Source of the DNA: Camelus ferus | Lineage: Eukaryota | DNA: 64,000 nucleotides | Assembly: GCF_009834535.1 (NCBI RefSeq) | Contig: NC_045697.1 | Coordinates: 91,824,001 to 91,888,000 of the forward strand | Reading direction: 5' to 3' | Shown: positions 49,852-62,329 of the stretch, one piece after another | Layout of the letters: every line of letters starts with the position of its first letter | How positions within the stretch are numbered: position 1 is the stretch's first letter | Translations under genes and position numbers: made by a program | The notes under the pieces: model-generated | Databases searched by the model: none | The model's input: the letters and a program-made list of their open reading frames with translations, nothing else | What the model was told of the DNA's origin: nothing

Positions 49852-50347
49852 TGTATTAGTTTTTTATTGCTGTTGTAACAAATTACCACAAACTTTGTGG
49901 CTTACAGTAACACAAGTTTATTATCTTACAGATCTGTAGTTTAGAATTTCAACACTGGCTGCACTGGACTTAGATCAAGGTGTAAGCAGGCTGGTACTTC
50001 TTTTTGGAGGTTCTGTGGAGAATTCTTGTCTTTCCCAGCTTCTGGAGGCTCCTTTGGCTTCCGTACTCCATGTTCATAGTCAACAATGGTAGACTGAGTG
50101 CTGTTCACATCATCTCCTTGACCTTTTTCTGTAGTTACATATGACTGTGACCGCAGCAAGGAAAAGTTCTCCACCTATAACAGTTCATGTGGTTAGATTG
50201 GGTTCATCTTGATAATCCAGAATAATACCTTCTTCTCCATTTAATCACATCTGAAAAATTCCTTTTGCCTACGTAAGACTGACATTATCACAGGTTGCAG
50301 GTATTAGGATGTGAACATCTTCTGAGACCATTATTCTGCCTACCACA
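49852..50347 (-). mobile_element. MLT1D-like MaLR LTR
   Basis: tgtattagttttttattgctgttgtaacaaattaccacaaactttgtggctta...gaccattattctgcctaccaca. Confidence 0.92.
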
Positions 50348-51662
50348 TAATCTTAAGTAGCAGGCCTGCATTCCTGTCTTGCTTATGCCTTACTTCCTTT
50401 GTATATTTTAAAAATATCTGATCATATGGAAGAAGAACAACTTGTGAAGATTTAGTGTTTATTAAGGCGCCTTCACCTTTCCTTCGTAACTGAGATAACA
50501 TGCTCTTACTTGGTGGAAATCTTATTTTTGAATCTCAATCTTTTTTGAAATATCTTTCTATTAGAATCTCAGACCATGGTCCTAACATTTTTGAACTGTC
50601 TGTACTCTCAAGTCCAGAATTCTCATAAATTTGCAGTGATAATGTTTTCTCTTTCCTACGCCTAAACACAGTCAAACTTGAAAAATGAATTCTCATTGAT
50701 TTGCTCAGATTGTGCTTAAACTAGTTGAGAATATACAATTGCATTTATATTAACTTTTCTGAACACATATATGGAGTGGTAATATATACAGTGATAAGAA
50801 ATGTGTGTAGTAGAGAGATATTGTTTGGATCTTTCTCTCTGCATGTGGTGAAAGCTTGTGAATAGACAGGCCATGTGGTCAGATTTTTAACAGTGCTTTA
50901 TTGGCCTCAATTATTTGTCTGCTTATTAAAGGAAATTATGCTACAGGCTGCTTTGTCTCTGTGAACCCGGAATGTTATGTTTACCATTTTTGTGCATATG
51001 CCATTAAATTCAGTGTTCCCAAATAGTATGTGTACATTATTATTTTAAAAAACATACATCATTAAATCCTACATCTCAAAGAAATTTTTCTCTGGAGTCC
51101 ATTTCTGTTTCACCCATCCTTCTATTCACATTTTCTATACTACCTTGTCATATACCTTTAATTAGCTAGTACCTTTTTATATATTCACATCACATTTTTG
51201 CAAGGTAGATAAAAGAAATTGCTCTCAAGTGACGGGATTTTTACTTGCTGTGTTTCAGCTTAAAACATACTTTTCCCCCACAAAAACTAGTTTTATAAAC
51301 ATTTGCGAAGCTGACTGCATAAAGGAAATTGCTGACACAACTTAACTGCATCTATAATCGTGCAAATGATATGACTGCATGGGGAGAGCGAAGATGATAG
51401 AAGCAAAAATTGGGCTATATTTTCAAGTTAAGTCTCAGTATGAAAAAAGAGACTAATGCCGTTTAGTTATAATTTGAAGTATTTGGAATATTTTTACATT
51501 GTTGATACTTGGCCAGAGTGCTCCAAACAGAGATGTGTGTCTTACAGACCAAATGGGGCTGTGTGTATTTGCCTGTAGACTAAAGGTCTCTAATGATTTG
51601 AGAAGAGACAGAATATGCTGTGGTCTAGAAAAATTTACCTAACCTTCAGTTTCGTTCATTGG

Positions 51663-51722
51663 TTCCTTCCTTCCTTCCTTCCTTCCTTCCTTCCTTCCTT
51701 CCTTCCTTCCTTCCTTCCTTCC
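51663..51722. repeat. (TTCC)n microsatellite
   Basis: About 15 perfect TTCC units. Confidence 0.98.
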
Positions 51723-52254
51723 TATTTAAGGAATATTATAGTGCCTTTCTCTGTGGTGCCAGAGGGCTCATCATAATGTCTGCAAATTGTATATATATTT
51801 TAGACGGTTGTATTAGACTATTATATCTGCTTCATCAGACCTCTTTCCCTTTGTCTTTAATACAGAATCTATGAACATGAACAGTTTCTGCAGCTCCAGA
51901 TATTTATCTGTTTTCACACTTTCCTTAAGTTAGGATCAGGGTTCTTTTGACACACACAGCTGTTTAAATCGGATATACTTGTTTAGTAAATTACTGCTTT
52001 AGTGTACTAGAGTTCTTCTCTTCCCTACCAGTATATCTGGAAGGCCTTTGTGTTTTGTTGGATCTGTAGTTCCTATTAGACAGAAGACCAGTCTTACCCC
52101 AGTCTTGCCTGCTTCCACTTACTGACTGTACGATTTACTACTTCTAAACCTCAGTGTTTAAGTCTCCGAAGTGATGAAGTGAAAGCCCGTTACCTCTAAC
52201 CTGAGCTAACCTCACCTCCAAGATTGTTCAGCTAGGGTTCTAAGATGCTGGTAA

Positions 52255-52500
52255 TACTGGTATGACTAATATTTATTGAATACTTAATTGTGTGCCAGGT
52301 ACTCTTCTAAGTACTCTACTTGTGTGAAAGCCTTTCGTCTTTACCTAAACTATGAAGTGAATACTGTAATTTCCCATTCCATAGATGAGGAAAATGAGAC
52401 ACAGAAAGGTCAAGGAACTAGTCGTGGGTAACACAGCTTGGAAGTGTCAGAACTGGGATGTGAATGCAGAAATCTGGATCTAGAGCTCACTCGCATTACA
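52255..52500 (-). mobile_element. MIR
   Basis: ctaatatttattgaatacttaattgtgtgccaggtac...cccattccatagatgaggaaaatgagacacagaaaggtcaagg. Confidence 0.88.
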
Positions 52501-53689
52501 ACTCTTACCAGAATCCTTCTTTGGCAGCTAGGTACCCTTCCTGCTGGAGCCAGTCTTAAGATAAATCACGAAGTAGATGATGTTACTTCTACTCCAGAGG
52601 GTATTTCCCTTCCTACCCCAAGTCTGTCAAGTGCCTCATGCTGCCCCACCCCCATATCTAGAGCTTGTCACTCTAAAACTTTTCCATGTACTGAAGATGT
52701 ATGCACTTCTTATGTTTCCAACCTTGAGTGTTGTTTCTTTAGGATTCTGCTTTTACGTTGAAAAACTGATAAGCAAATTCAAAGCAAGGGCAAAACAACA
52801 TGTTTAATGGGGAGAGATATTTCAGGAAGAAAAATATTTTTCTCTGAATCTAAATTTGAGTATGTAAGTGGCTACCTATGCGATTAAGCATATGACTGAT
52901 GCACTTCTGGGTCCTTTTGACACACACCAATAGATTAAATTTTTTTTCATGTTTCTTTCTGCTGCCCAATAAAACCAGAAATGGATGCCAAATGCCTGCC
53001 TTTTACATCCTGAGTTTTCCTAGAATGTTTTAAATTTCATCTGGATCTTTGTGCTGCATTAATATGTCCCTGTAAAACAGAAGAGTATTATTTTAAAAAT
53101 GCACTTCTTAGAGTCATAATTAGGAATAAAGATAAAAATTAAGAAATTTCAACTTTAAGTTACAGTATCTGTAAAAAGCCAAGACAGAAAATTTTATTAA
53201 AGTTATTTTACTGAATTAAGACCTAAGAAGAGTTATAGTTTTAAAAAAAAATGTAATATACTTTTAGTTTTTGAGCCTTGCTAATTGCAAGCTCACTGAA
53301 ACACAGTATTAAAAACTCTCACAAAAGTGTTTGATTTATACCATTCTTGTTTTGCCAACTTTGTGGCTAGATAATCCTTTAGAGACAATTTTGAACTATT
53401 TGAACAAGCCTACTCTGAGATCATGTGTAAACAATTTATTTATATGTGATTATACCGTCCACACTATTTTCTGTTCCTTTGCTCTTTATTTTTCCAGAGG
53501 ATTATAGCAGATGTTTTAGATTTTGTGAGAAAGGTCAGGTTGTTCTCTTCTCTCAATTGCCATGAGGAAGAATACCAATGAAAAGCTATTTGTTATATTA
53601 TGCTTAGGTAGTTGCATTTATCCTCTCGAAAATCAAGTTTACTTTGGAACAGTTATGGATGAAGTAATGGCTGCATTACTTAAACTGTG

Positions 53690-53950
53690 AAGAGTAAAAG
53701 CTCTTGATCCATAGTAGAAATAAAAATTGAAGTGCTTCCTTAGTACCTTGTGCCTAACTTTGATCTTGGCACTATTCACACTAATCACATTGCCCGTCTC
53801 CTTGTCTATCCCCCCATTACACTGGGAGCTCCTCAAGGCAGGCGTTGTATTTACACAAGGGAGTATATATCTGGCTAAGCATGGGACTGAGGACACCACA
53901 AGATATTCATTCAGTGTTTGTTTTGTTTTTAAGGAATAAATGAATAAATG
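53690..53950 (+). mobile_element. L2 3' end
   Basis: actgggagctcctcaaggcagg...; tail ggaataaatgaataaatgg. Confidence 0.7.
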
Positions 53951-55308
53951 GATTCTGGGCCATTTCAATTAGTAAGTCACATTTATTTTTCTAGCAAACA
54001 ATAGATACCCATCATGGGGTGGGCAGTGCAAGATATATTCACAGTGTGTTTGTGTGTATGTGTATATATAGAAATAAAGCATAAACTGTGAGAAGGATGG
54101 TGGTTTCATAGAAGTATAATATAATATGTAATTTAATACACACAAATGTAATATAGTAATATAATAAAAGTGTTTGGCAGATTTGGGTGGAGAGAGCACC
54201 TATTTAGGTTATCATTTTCTAAGAAATTAGAAAATGAAGGCTTGATTTTATATATCCTAGTGAAGGCTTGGTGTAGTTTTTATTTAATGACTTTTGAGTA
54301 TTTTTAGCAATGAGAGAAAAATCAATCTTTGAGGGCCTGTTGTGTTTTGGGGGACGTATAGCTAAGAAATCAGTGCCAGTTAACTCTAAAGATGTATTTC
54401 CAGTGGTTCTGTTGTAGTTCAGTTGCTCAGGAAGAAAATCATCCTCAATTGGTTAAGGGGCTGATACCTCACTAACAAATGTATATCTTGGGATTTCTAT
54501 GTCTTTGCTTTAGCCTAACTTAGTCTAACTGGAGTAAGCCTAACTTAAGTCATCTTGGACGAGATTTATACCTCCTACCAGCAAGTCATTTGTTACAAAA
54601 GGAAGGAGCAATGTAGGCAGCCTACAGAAAATGTTCAGTTTAATTTATAAATTTTTACTTAGTTTTTTATTAATAGAGGTAGTCCTTGCTAGTATTCAGA
54701 ATTCAACAGGAATGACTGCTAGTGTGGAACAAGGAATGGCATGATGATTAATAGAAAAACTAACAAATCTTATTGACAATTCCCCAACAATTTTATTGTG
54801 TCTTCAATAGTACATACCATCCTTATTTGTAATTGTATTTTTTTTTTTTTGATACTTGTCTTTCTCCACAACTAAACAATGAACTCTTTAAAGGCAGAGT
54901 CCTCTTTATCTCTTTATCACTAGTACTTAGCACAGTGCCTGATTGATTGAAAGGATGCCTGAGGTAAGATAGGACAAGAATATAGTTTCTATTGACAACC
55001 TGCTTAAAATTAAACTTAACTTTTGTCTAACACAATCATCTCTGATCATCAGATTATTGGTTCTAATTGGTATGCTGGGCTAGCAATGATCAATGCTGCA
55101 CTTCGTGATACAATTTAAATGTTGTCAGGTCATCTTAAGGTGAGGTCTATAAAAATTAAGGGGTTCTTAAAACCTGAAGTAGTTCAGACAAACCATGGCC
55201 CATTGATCAGTGATCTTTCCTTACTCCCATAGAAATTTAGTTTGAGAGGTTCTTTGTCCAGTGAACTGGCACACGCTACTCTTCTTTCACTTTAATCAAT
55301 ATTATAGT

Positions 55309-55342
55309 AAGTTCTGATCTGTGAATTCACAGATCAGAACTT
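55309..55342. repeat. Perfect 34-bp palindrome
   Basis: aagttctgatctgtgaattcacagatcagaactt equals its own reverse complement. Confidence 0.98.
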
Positions 55343-55689
55343 CAAGTCTACTTGGCTTTCATGCAAGTGAATCCTGTAAGTTCTGTGTGTTAGCTTGATG
55401 ACTATAAAATAACCACTGACAACAGATGGAATTACAACACAGATACCTTAGCCATTATCACCTGACTTTTTTAAAAATAAGATTAGGTTACTTCATCTTA
55501 TTTACCTGATACAGGACAACTGGATCTCATGCTTTTTTTTTTTTTTTTTTTTTTTTTTCCGTGAGAGAAGATATTCATGAAGAAGTAGGTCTCCAAGGAC
55601 TTCTATCATTAAAACTTTGGTAGAAATGACCAAAAATCATGGCATTAGAAGGTAATACCATATGAGAAAATTATTTATCTGTAGTTTCA

Positions 55690-56210
55690 CAACAGCATTC
55701 CTGTCATACTTTTCTCTGTCTGCGCTAGCGTGGCTCAGATTTTGAATATACATTTTCCTGAGTCCCTTGCCAGCTGGCTTGATGCTATGTTCTAGCAATA
55801 GGGGATATTGTTAAAAAATCAGAAGGCTAGAAATTGGGGAAACTTCCTGTTTCAGGCTTCAATGACATTGCAGTTGACAGTCCCTGGAATCTTCTGGGAG
55901 TTTCTGTAGCAGCAGAAGTGGTGGAGTGATTCTGGATGCCAGTAGCTTGGACAGAAAAAAACATTTTTTCAGTAGTTCCTACCCAGTTCCAGGTGGCACA
56001 TATTTGACAGATCTGGAACTGACTGCGACAGTGTCTCTAAAGTGGAGTAGCAGGTACAGACTAGTGGGTTCTGGCCTGGAAGGGTTAACAGGCTCTGATT
56101 TTACCTCTCCTTCTCCTTTTTCTTCCAACCCTTCCAACATAACTCATTCCTTATATTAACTTCCTTCTGTTTGATATACCTAGAGTGCATTATGTTTTTT
56201 TCAAGCAAAC
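55690..56210 (+). mobile_element. Old ERVL LTR (LTR33/40/41-like)
   Basis: tacattttcctgagtcccttgccagctggctt...; 3' end ttccttatattaacttccttctgtttgatatacctagagtg. Confidence 0.55.
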
Positions 56211-56449
56211 ATTGTCCTTTTAGGTTTCTTTAGATTTCTTTATATTTCTGTTCAGTGAACAAAAAATTACCAAATACTAATGTGTAAAATGTGTACAAAG
56301 ATGCATGTATAAGTATGGCTGAATTTGTGTTTGTTTTTGGAGAATGGATCTCCAGACATACTTTTGAGTCATTTATATTATAAAAACAAAGCTCAGATAT
56401 GACTGTAATGTTTCTTGGTTCTCTCAATGGTAATATCTAACGTTCATCA

Positions 56450-57050
56450 CTGGATTGTGAACTTTGGGGGGAATGGGAACTGTAACTTTACTTATTTTTG
56501 TATTCCTAGAAATTAACTTAGTGGCATAATGACACATTTCCCTTTTTAATCCATTCTCAGACTACAGCCATTGCAGTATATAGAGTAAATCTCCTCTTTA
56601 CTACTTAAGATCATTCAGTGTCTCCTTACCAACCTTAGAATAAAATCCAAATTTTTTAGAGTGGCTTGCTTGGATGTTTATATTTTGAGCATTGTTTACC
56701 TTTCCAATGTCATCTCTTGCTTCTTGATCAGACTCTTCAAACTTTTTGTTCCACCTGAACTGAACACCTTATAGTTCTGCCAAAGTCGCACACTATGTCT
56801 CACCTCTGGGTATTGTCATACAGATGACCCTTTAAATCTGAACACTGTCTTCTCTTATTTTCCAGTGTTTTTTCCATATGCATACCTCAGTTTTCAGCTT
56901 TTTAATTATTGGTTTTTCTTCATACTTTCCCAAGTCCCCCAGTCTTGCTTAGAAACCTTTCTAAATACTCAGTGCATTCTTTTCCTCCTTTATCATAGCA
57001 TAACATACTGTTTTGCAATTTCCTGCTTAATTATATCACAGCATGTTCAA
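56450..57050 (+). mobile_element. L2 fragments
   Basis: ggattgtgaactttgg...; cttagaataaaatccaaa...; aaaccttt ctaa. Confidence 0.55.
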
Positions 57051-57372
57051 TAGGACTTTTTGTTATGCAGGGATACCGGCTAAGTTCCTAAAGTTGAAGA
57101 AAATAGGTACACCTGCATTCTCAAGATGCCAGAAATCTGTTTCCAAACTTACCATGCTTTCCAAACTTTTCTGTAATCCTCACTATCATTCCTGCTAACC
57201 TTTAACCAACCTATATAAAGAGAATTTTACACATTCAGAGGAATTGGTTGAAACAGGAAAGCCAGTGAGAGATAGTGTGACATAGACCCAGAGAAAGTGC
57301 TTTGGATTTTTATTTCTTATTTGGCAGAGAGGAAAAGGGGCTGTCTTTCTATCTTTAAGCTGAATAAGAAAG

Positions 57373-57858
57373 TGTGATGGTTGAGTTTATGTGTCAACTG
57401 GACTGACCACTGTGCCCAGATATGTGATCAAACATTATTCTCAATGTTTTTGTGAGATTGTTTTTGGATGAGATTAACATTTAGATGGGTGGATTTTAAG
57501 TAATGCAGATGGTCCTCTATACTGTGGGTGGGCCTCATCAAATCAGTTGAAGGCATAAGTAGAAGAATAGACTGACCTTCCTCAAGCAAGAGGGAATTCT
57601 GCCATCAAACAATTTTCAAGTGTGAACTGCAGCATTGGCTCTCCTGAGTCTCTAGCCTGTTGACTTTTAGACTAGAACTACAGCAACAGTGTTCCTTGGT
57701 CTCCAGTCTGCCAGCCCACCCTGCAGATTTTGGATTTACCAGTCTCCATAATCACATGTGGCAATTACTTAAAATCCATCTATACATACATAAATATGTA
57801 TGTATTTATATATTCATCATCTGTTGGTTATACTTCTCTGGAGAACCCTGATTAATAC
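57373..57858 (+). mobile_element. MLT2B-like ERVL LTR
   Basis: tgtgatggttgagtttatgtgtcaactggactg...gggtgggcctcatcaaatcagttgaaggc...ttctctggagaaccctgattaatac. Confidence 0.93.
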
Positions 57859-57889
57859 CAAGGAGTATCATGAGTCTGAATGTACCTGC

Positions 57890-58290
57890 AAGCATGGAAG
57901 ACTGATATTTTATTCATTGCCTAAATGTTTGCTGAGCTTCACTTGTAAGCTCACCCTGAAAGTAACAGAGTGGAGCACAGTGAAAGAGTTCTTGTGCAAG
58001 GATGTCACATGGTTTCTCAAGATTAGGGCCATCGATGAACAAAAGACCAATGCCAACTGCTTTCCTGGAGCACTCTGAAGGCAGGATGTTGCCTGGAGCA
58101 GCCTCCTATGGCAAGAGGAGCTGACAGGGCATCAGTGTTACAATGTGAATTTCCCTTTGTTCGGTGGTGGCAAGTATGCATGAGGCGACTATGGCTGTGG
58201 AGACACTGTAGAAAAGAACCAAGCTCAAGAGCTGTCTTGAAGGCACCCTTATCCAGGCAGTACACTGATAGAATAAGGGGATCCAGTCAG
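57890..58290 (+). mobile_element. RTE/L4-like ORF C-terminal fossil
   Basis: Across frames: KCLLS..KL....EFL (~RCLR.IL...EVL), GHR*TKDQCQLLSW (~GHV.RM.D.R..KQLL), WQVCMRRLWLWR (~WE..A.DR..WR). Confidence 0.45.
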
Positions 58291-58310
58291 TACGAGATGA
58301 TGTGATGTAC

Positions 58311-59151
58311 TGTTAGGGGACAGATCCTCCTGGGGTCACCCAGCCTACACTTGTGCGTCTCAAAATGCCTGTCATACAGGATTCCTGCCACACAAGAGTA
58401 GATTATGATAGTATCACATAAAACATTTGTTTTCTTTCCTATTTTTACTCTTACAAATGAAATGAGCCAGAAGCACCATGAAGACAAGGAGTAAGAAAAC
58501 ACCCTCTGCCTGCAGGATAGGTCCCTAGCCAAAGTCAGGCCTGTCCCAGTGGTAGGATGGTAGGCCAAGTGTTTTGTATCGCATACCATGAAGTTAGCCC
58601 ACTGTGAATTTAGGAGGCACAGTGCAAATAAGACCTCACACTTCTGTCACCAGTTTTAAATCTGAGGGTTTATCCAAACCATTCTCTGTTTCAAAATTTG
58701 TTAGAAGGACTCATAACTCACTGAAAGATGTTATAGTCAGGGTTACAGTTTTTCCAAGGTAAAGAATACAGATTAGAACCAGCCAAGAGAACAAGTGTAT
58801 CAGGAAGAGGAAAAGTACCAGAAGTAGAGATTCTGCTGTCCTCACCCCTTGGAGTTGTGACATTGTTACTTACTTAGCATCGATGTGTGTCAGTACCTGT
58901 GGAGTACTGCCAACCAGGAAAGCTCACCTGAGCCTTGTTGAGAATTTTACCTGGGGCTCCATGGTTGACTGTCCAGGTGGCTGACTATAATCTCCATCCC
59001 TTCTGTGTGGCCCAAAGCCCTCATCATAAGTCACATTGTTAGGTGACCTGGTGGCCAGGGTCCCCATGTATACCCAGATATTCTTCCTACACCTCTCAGA
59101 TGAGGCAAAGGCACGACCTCTCTTTGGGTAAGGTTATATTTTTTGCTGCAC
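58311..59151 (-). mobile_element. MER21C-like LTR
   Basis: cacacttctgtcaccag...tagaaggactcataactcactgaaag...aagaatacagattagaaccagccaag...ctctttgggtaaggtta...gcaca. Confidence 0.85.
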
Positions 59152-59939
59152 AAATGTGAATTTTGATTTAAGAATTTCTGATCACCAAAAGGGACATGTA
59201 AATAGAACATGTTTGAATAAAGGCATTCCTTGAAACCAGTTTTTTACATCTACTGAATTTAGACTTAATAATCCAGTTATGCATATATGTCTTCTCAACT
59301 GGAAGTGAGCTCTGTGAAAGCAGGGATGATATCTTTCTTTTCTTCACAGCCCAGCAAGCTATAATTAATACAGACCCTGAAGAAATATTTGTCTAATAAG
59401 TGAATAAAGACTTACCACAAAACTCTTAGTAGACCCATCACTGCAGAGCTATACTGATATGATATAGGTGCCCCTGATGATTGTGATAGAGTTATAAATG
59501 GTCAGAGCCTCAGTGATAAAGCCATCACCTTCAGTCTAAATAGAATAAAGAGAAAGAAGACTCTGGTATTCTGCTTACTACCTTATTAGCCTTCTGGGGG
59601 TGGCAAACTATCCAGGAGTTACTAGGGTGACAACAATTGCTTGTAAGTTTTAAATACAGACTTTGTCTTTTTTTTTTGTTTGTTTGTTTAAAACAATTTA
59701 TGATCAGAGCCAAGCAGTTAATAACATAGGATTTATGTCCTGAAAGCTTCAAAAGATGGGTAGTGATGCTCTGGAAGGATTATTTCAAGATGGCTTTAAG
59801 CCAGTATATGTGTGGTGCAGCATGACAAATACGTTCCAAAGTTTTAATACCATTAGTTTTAATGCTGACATAGGATGACAGATTGTAAAGTTTTAACAAA
59901 AAGGATATTTTATGACTAAGATTCATGAATAATGCCTTT

Positions 59940-61560
59940 TCTTTTAAATAAACTTTTGATTTTAGAAAAGTTTTAAATTTATAGAAAAGTTGTGAAGACT
60001 GTACAGAGTTCCACATACCCTGTGCCAGATTTCCCTTATTATTAAGATCTTAGATTAGTATGGCACACTTGTCACAGTTAATGAGCCAATATTGATATAT
60101 TACTATTAATTAAAGTCCATACTTTATTCAAATTTTCTTAGTTTTTACCTAATGTTCTTTTTTAGTTCCAGGATCCCACATTACACTTAATTATCATCTC
60201 TTTAGGTTCCTCTTGGCTGAGACAGTTTCTCATACTTTTTTTTTTTTTCTTTTTAATAGTCCTTGACAGTGTGGTCCAACTATTTTGCAGAATGTCTCAA
60301 TTGCGATGTGTCTGTTATTTTCTCATGTTTAAACTAGGGTTATACATTTTTGGTAGGAAGACCACAGAGCTAAAGTGCTATTTTCATCACATCATAAAAA
60401 GGCTGCATGCTCTCTGCATAACTTATCACTGTTGCCCTTTGTGATCTTGAACACTTAAGTTTCAAAGCGTGTGGAGAGAAAATCACTATGTGCAGTGCAC
60501 TCTTAAGAACTTGTTATGCTTCTCCTCTTTGAGCATGAATTAGCCACATGAATTATTTGGGATTTTTCTAGATGGAAGATTTATCTATTTTCCTCCATGT
60601 ATTTATTTAGTAATTTATTAATATGAGTATAGACTCATGGGTATTTATAGTACATTTTAAGTTATAATCCAATCCTATTTTAATATGTTGCCCAAATTAT
60701 TTCATCTTTAGAGACTGCGACCTCTTCCGATTGCCTTTCATGTCCATTTGACATATCTCTAACATGATGTTTTTTATTGAATACTTCCTTAATTTTGGCA
60801 CTACAAGAAGTTCCAACTCATCTTAACGTATTTCTTGCCCCAGTCCTGGAGCTCCAAGGAGCCCTGGTTCCTTTTACTGGAGAATACTCTCATAAACCAA
60901 GTTTTTTTGTGCTAGGTGTGCTTATTGTTGCTTCAAACCTTCTTTCCTTGCTGAAGATAATCTAATCCAAAGTGAGAAACATGACCTTACCTTCTGCCAT
61001 CTATTTACTAACTTTTCCGATTCCTGTATAGTGGTTTCAGCATTGCTAACCCATACCCCCATGGAAACAACTTTGTTAGCCAGATTACAGTGCTTATATA
61101 TACTCCTTCTGCCTTTTTTCTTGTGATTTCTATGCTTTTGCAAAGTTACAGAGTGAGCATGTTTTCTCCTCAGCCTCTTTAGTGAGATTATTTCATACAC
61201 TTTTGATAGGATTAGATCCTTTTTGTCATAGTCCATCCTGGAATACGAGGTACTCCTAAATGAGTTTGCCTATGTTTTATACATTACATTTTACTCCTTG
61301 TGCTGTAAATTTCTATGGGTTTTGACAAATGCATAGTATCATATAACCAGTGTCACAGTACCATACTGAATAGTTTTATTGCCTCCGCAACTCCCATGTG
61401 CTTCACTTACTCAGTCTTCCTCTTTCCCCAACTCCTGTTCTGTTTGCCATTCCTATAAATTTTGTTTCCCATAATGTCATATAAATTGGGTCATGTAGTA
61501 TGTAGCCTTTTCAGACTGGCTTCTTCTACCTAGCAATGTATATTCAAGAGCACTCCCTTT
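59940..61560 (-). mobile_element. L1MC/L1MD-type 3' region
   Basis: ttttagaaaagttttaaatttatagaaaagttg...aatgagccaatattgatatattactattaattaaagtccatac...tagtatgtagccttttcagactggcttctt. Confidence 0.88.
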
Positions 61561-61685
61561 TTATATACTTTATTCCACACAAATAAAGTCTCTATATTTT
61601 TTCCATCGGCATTTAGGAAGAAATTTTATCTTGGGGGACATAAACCAGCTCAAAGAAATGTAAAACACTATGAAATTCAGCCTAT

Positions 61686-62142
61686 GCTGAATATCTTCAT
61701 GTTGCCCTTGAAAATCTACTTTTCACATTTCTCTTCTATATTCCAGTCTTGGAAGGCTGACTTGTGTGAAGTTCATTAATAGGCTTCTTTGCCCTCTGAT
61801 CTTGATTAGATTGAGCCAATGGGTAGTCATTGGGGAAGATCAAGGGGAGGTGGAGAGCAAGGCTATAATTTTACTATTATTGCTCCCTCTCTATCTAGCA
61901 TCCTAATTACATGCCTTAAAGGTCACAGTTCTACACAAAGTGTACCTCACCACAAAGTTTCTCTTTCTGGTTTCTAGTAATCATCCTATGCCCTTTTCTC
62001 CTGAAACCTAATAAGAGGTAAGAGGACAATGGTATTGCAGTATCTCTTTTGGTTTTCCTAAACCATGCCCTTTATTAAACCTTTTTTGAATTACCCTACT
62101 TTGAATATACCACATCTTTACTGTTGGGATTCTGACTGATGT
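61686..62142 (+). mobile_element. LTR33-like ERVL solo LTR
   Basis: ggaaggctgacttgtgtg...ttgccctctgatcttgattagattgagccaatggg...ctttattaaac...gggattctgactgat. Confidence 0.8.
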
Positions 62143-62329
62143 GTAACCTGATCCAGGCTTAGCTTCATGAATAACCAGACTTAACTGTAAAACATACCTC
62201 CCCCCAAAATACAGGAAGACACGTTGTTTTACCCCATACATCTATGCATGCACTTTACTCCCTCCTCCCTGCACTCAGAGATCCAGGATCATGACCAGGG
62301 TATTAACTGAGAGAGAGGCTAGAACACTA

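Noticed and set aside
51659..51874. ORF with PSFL repeats
   Set aside because: Translation of the (TTCC)n microsatellite.
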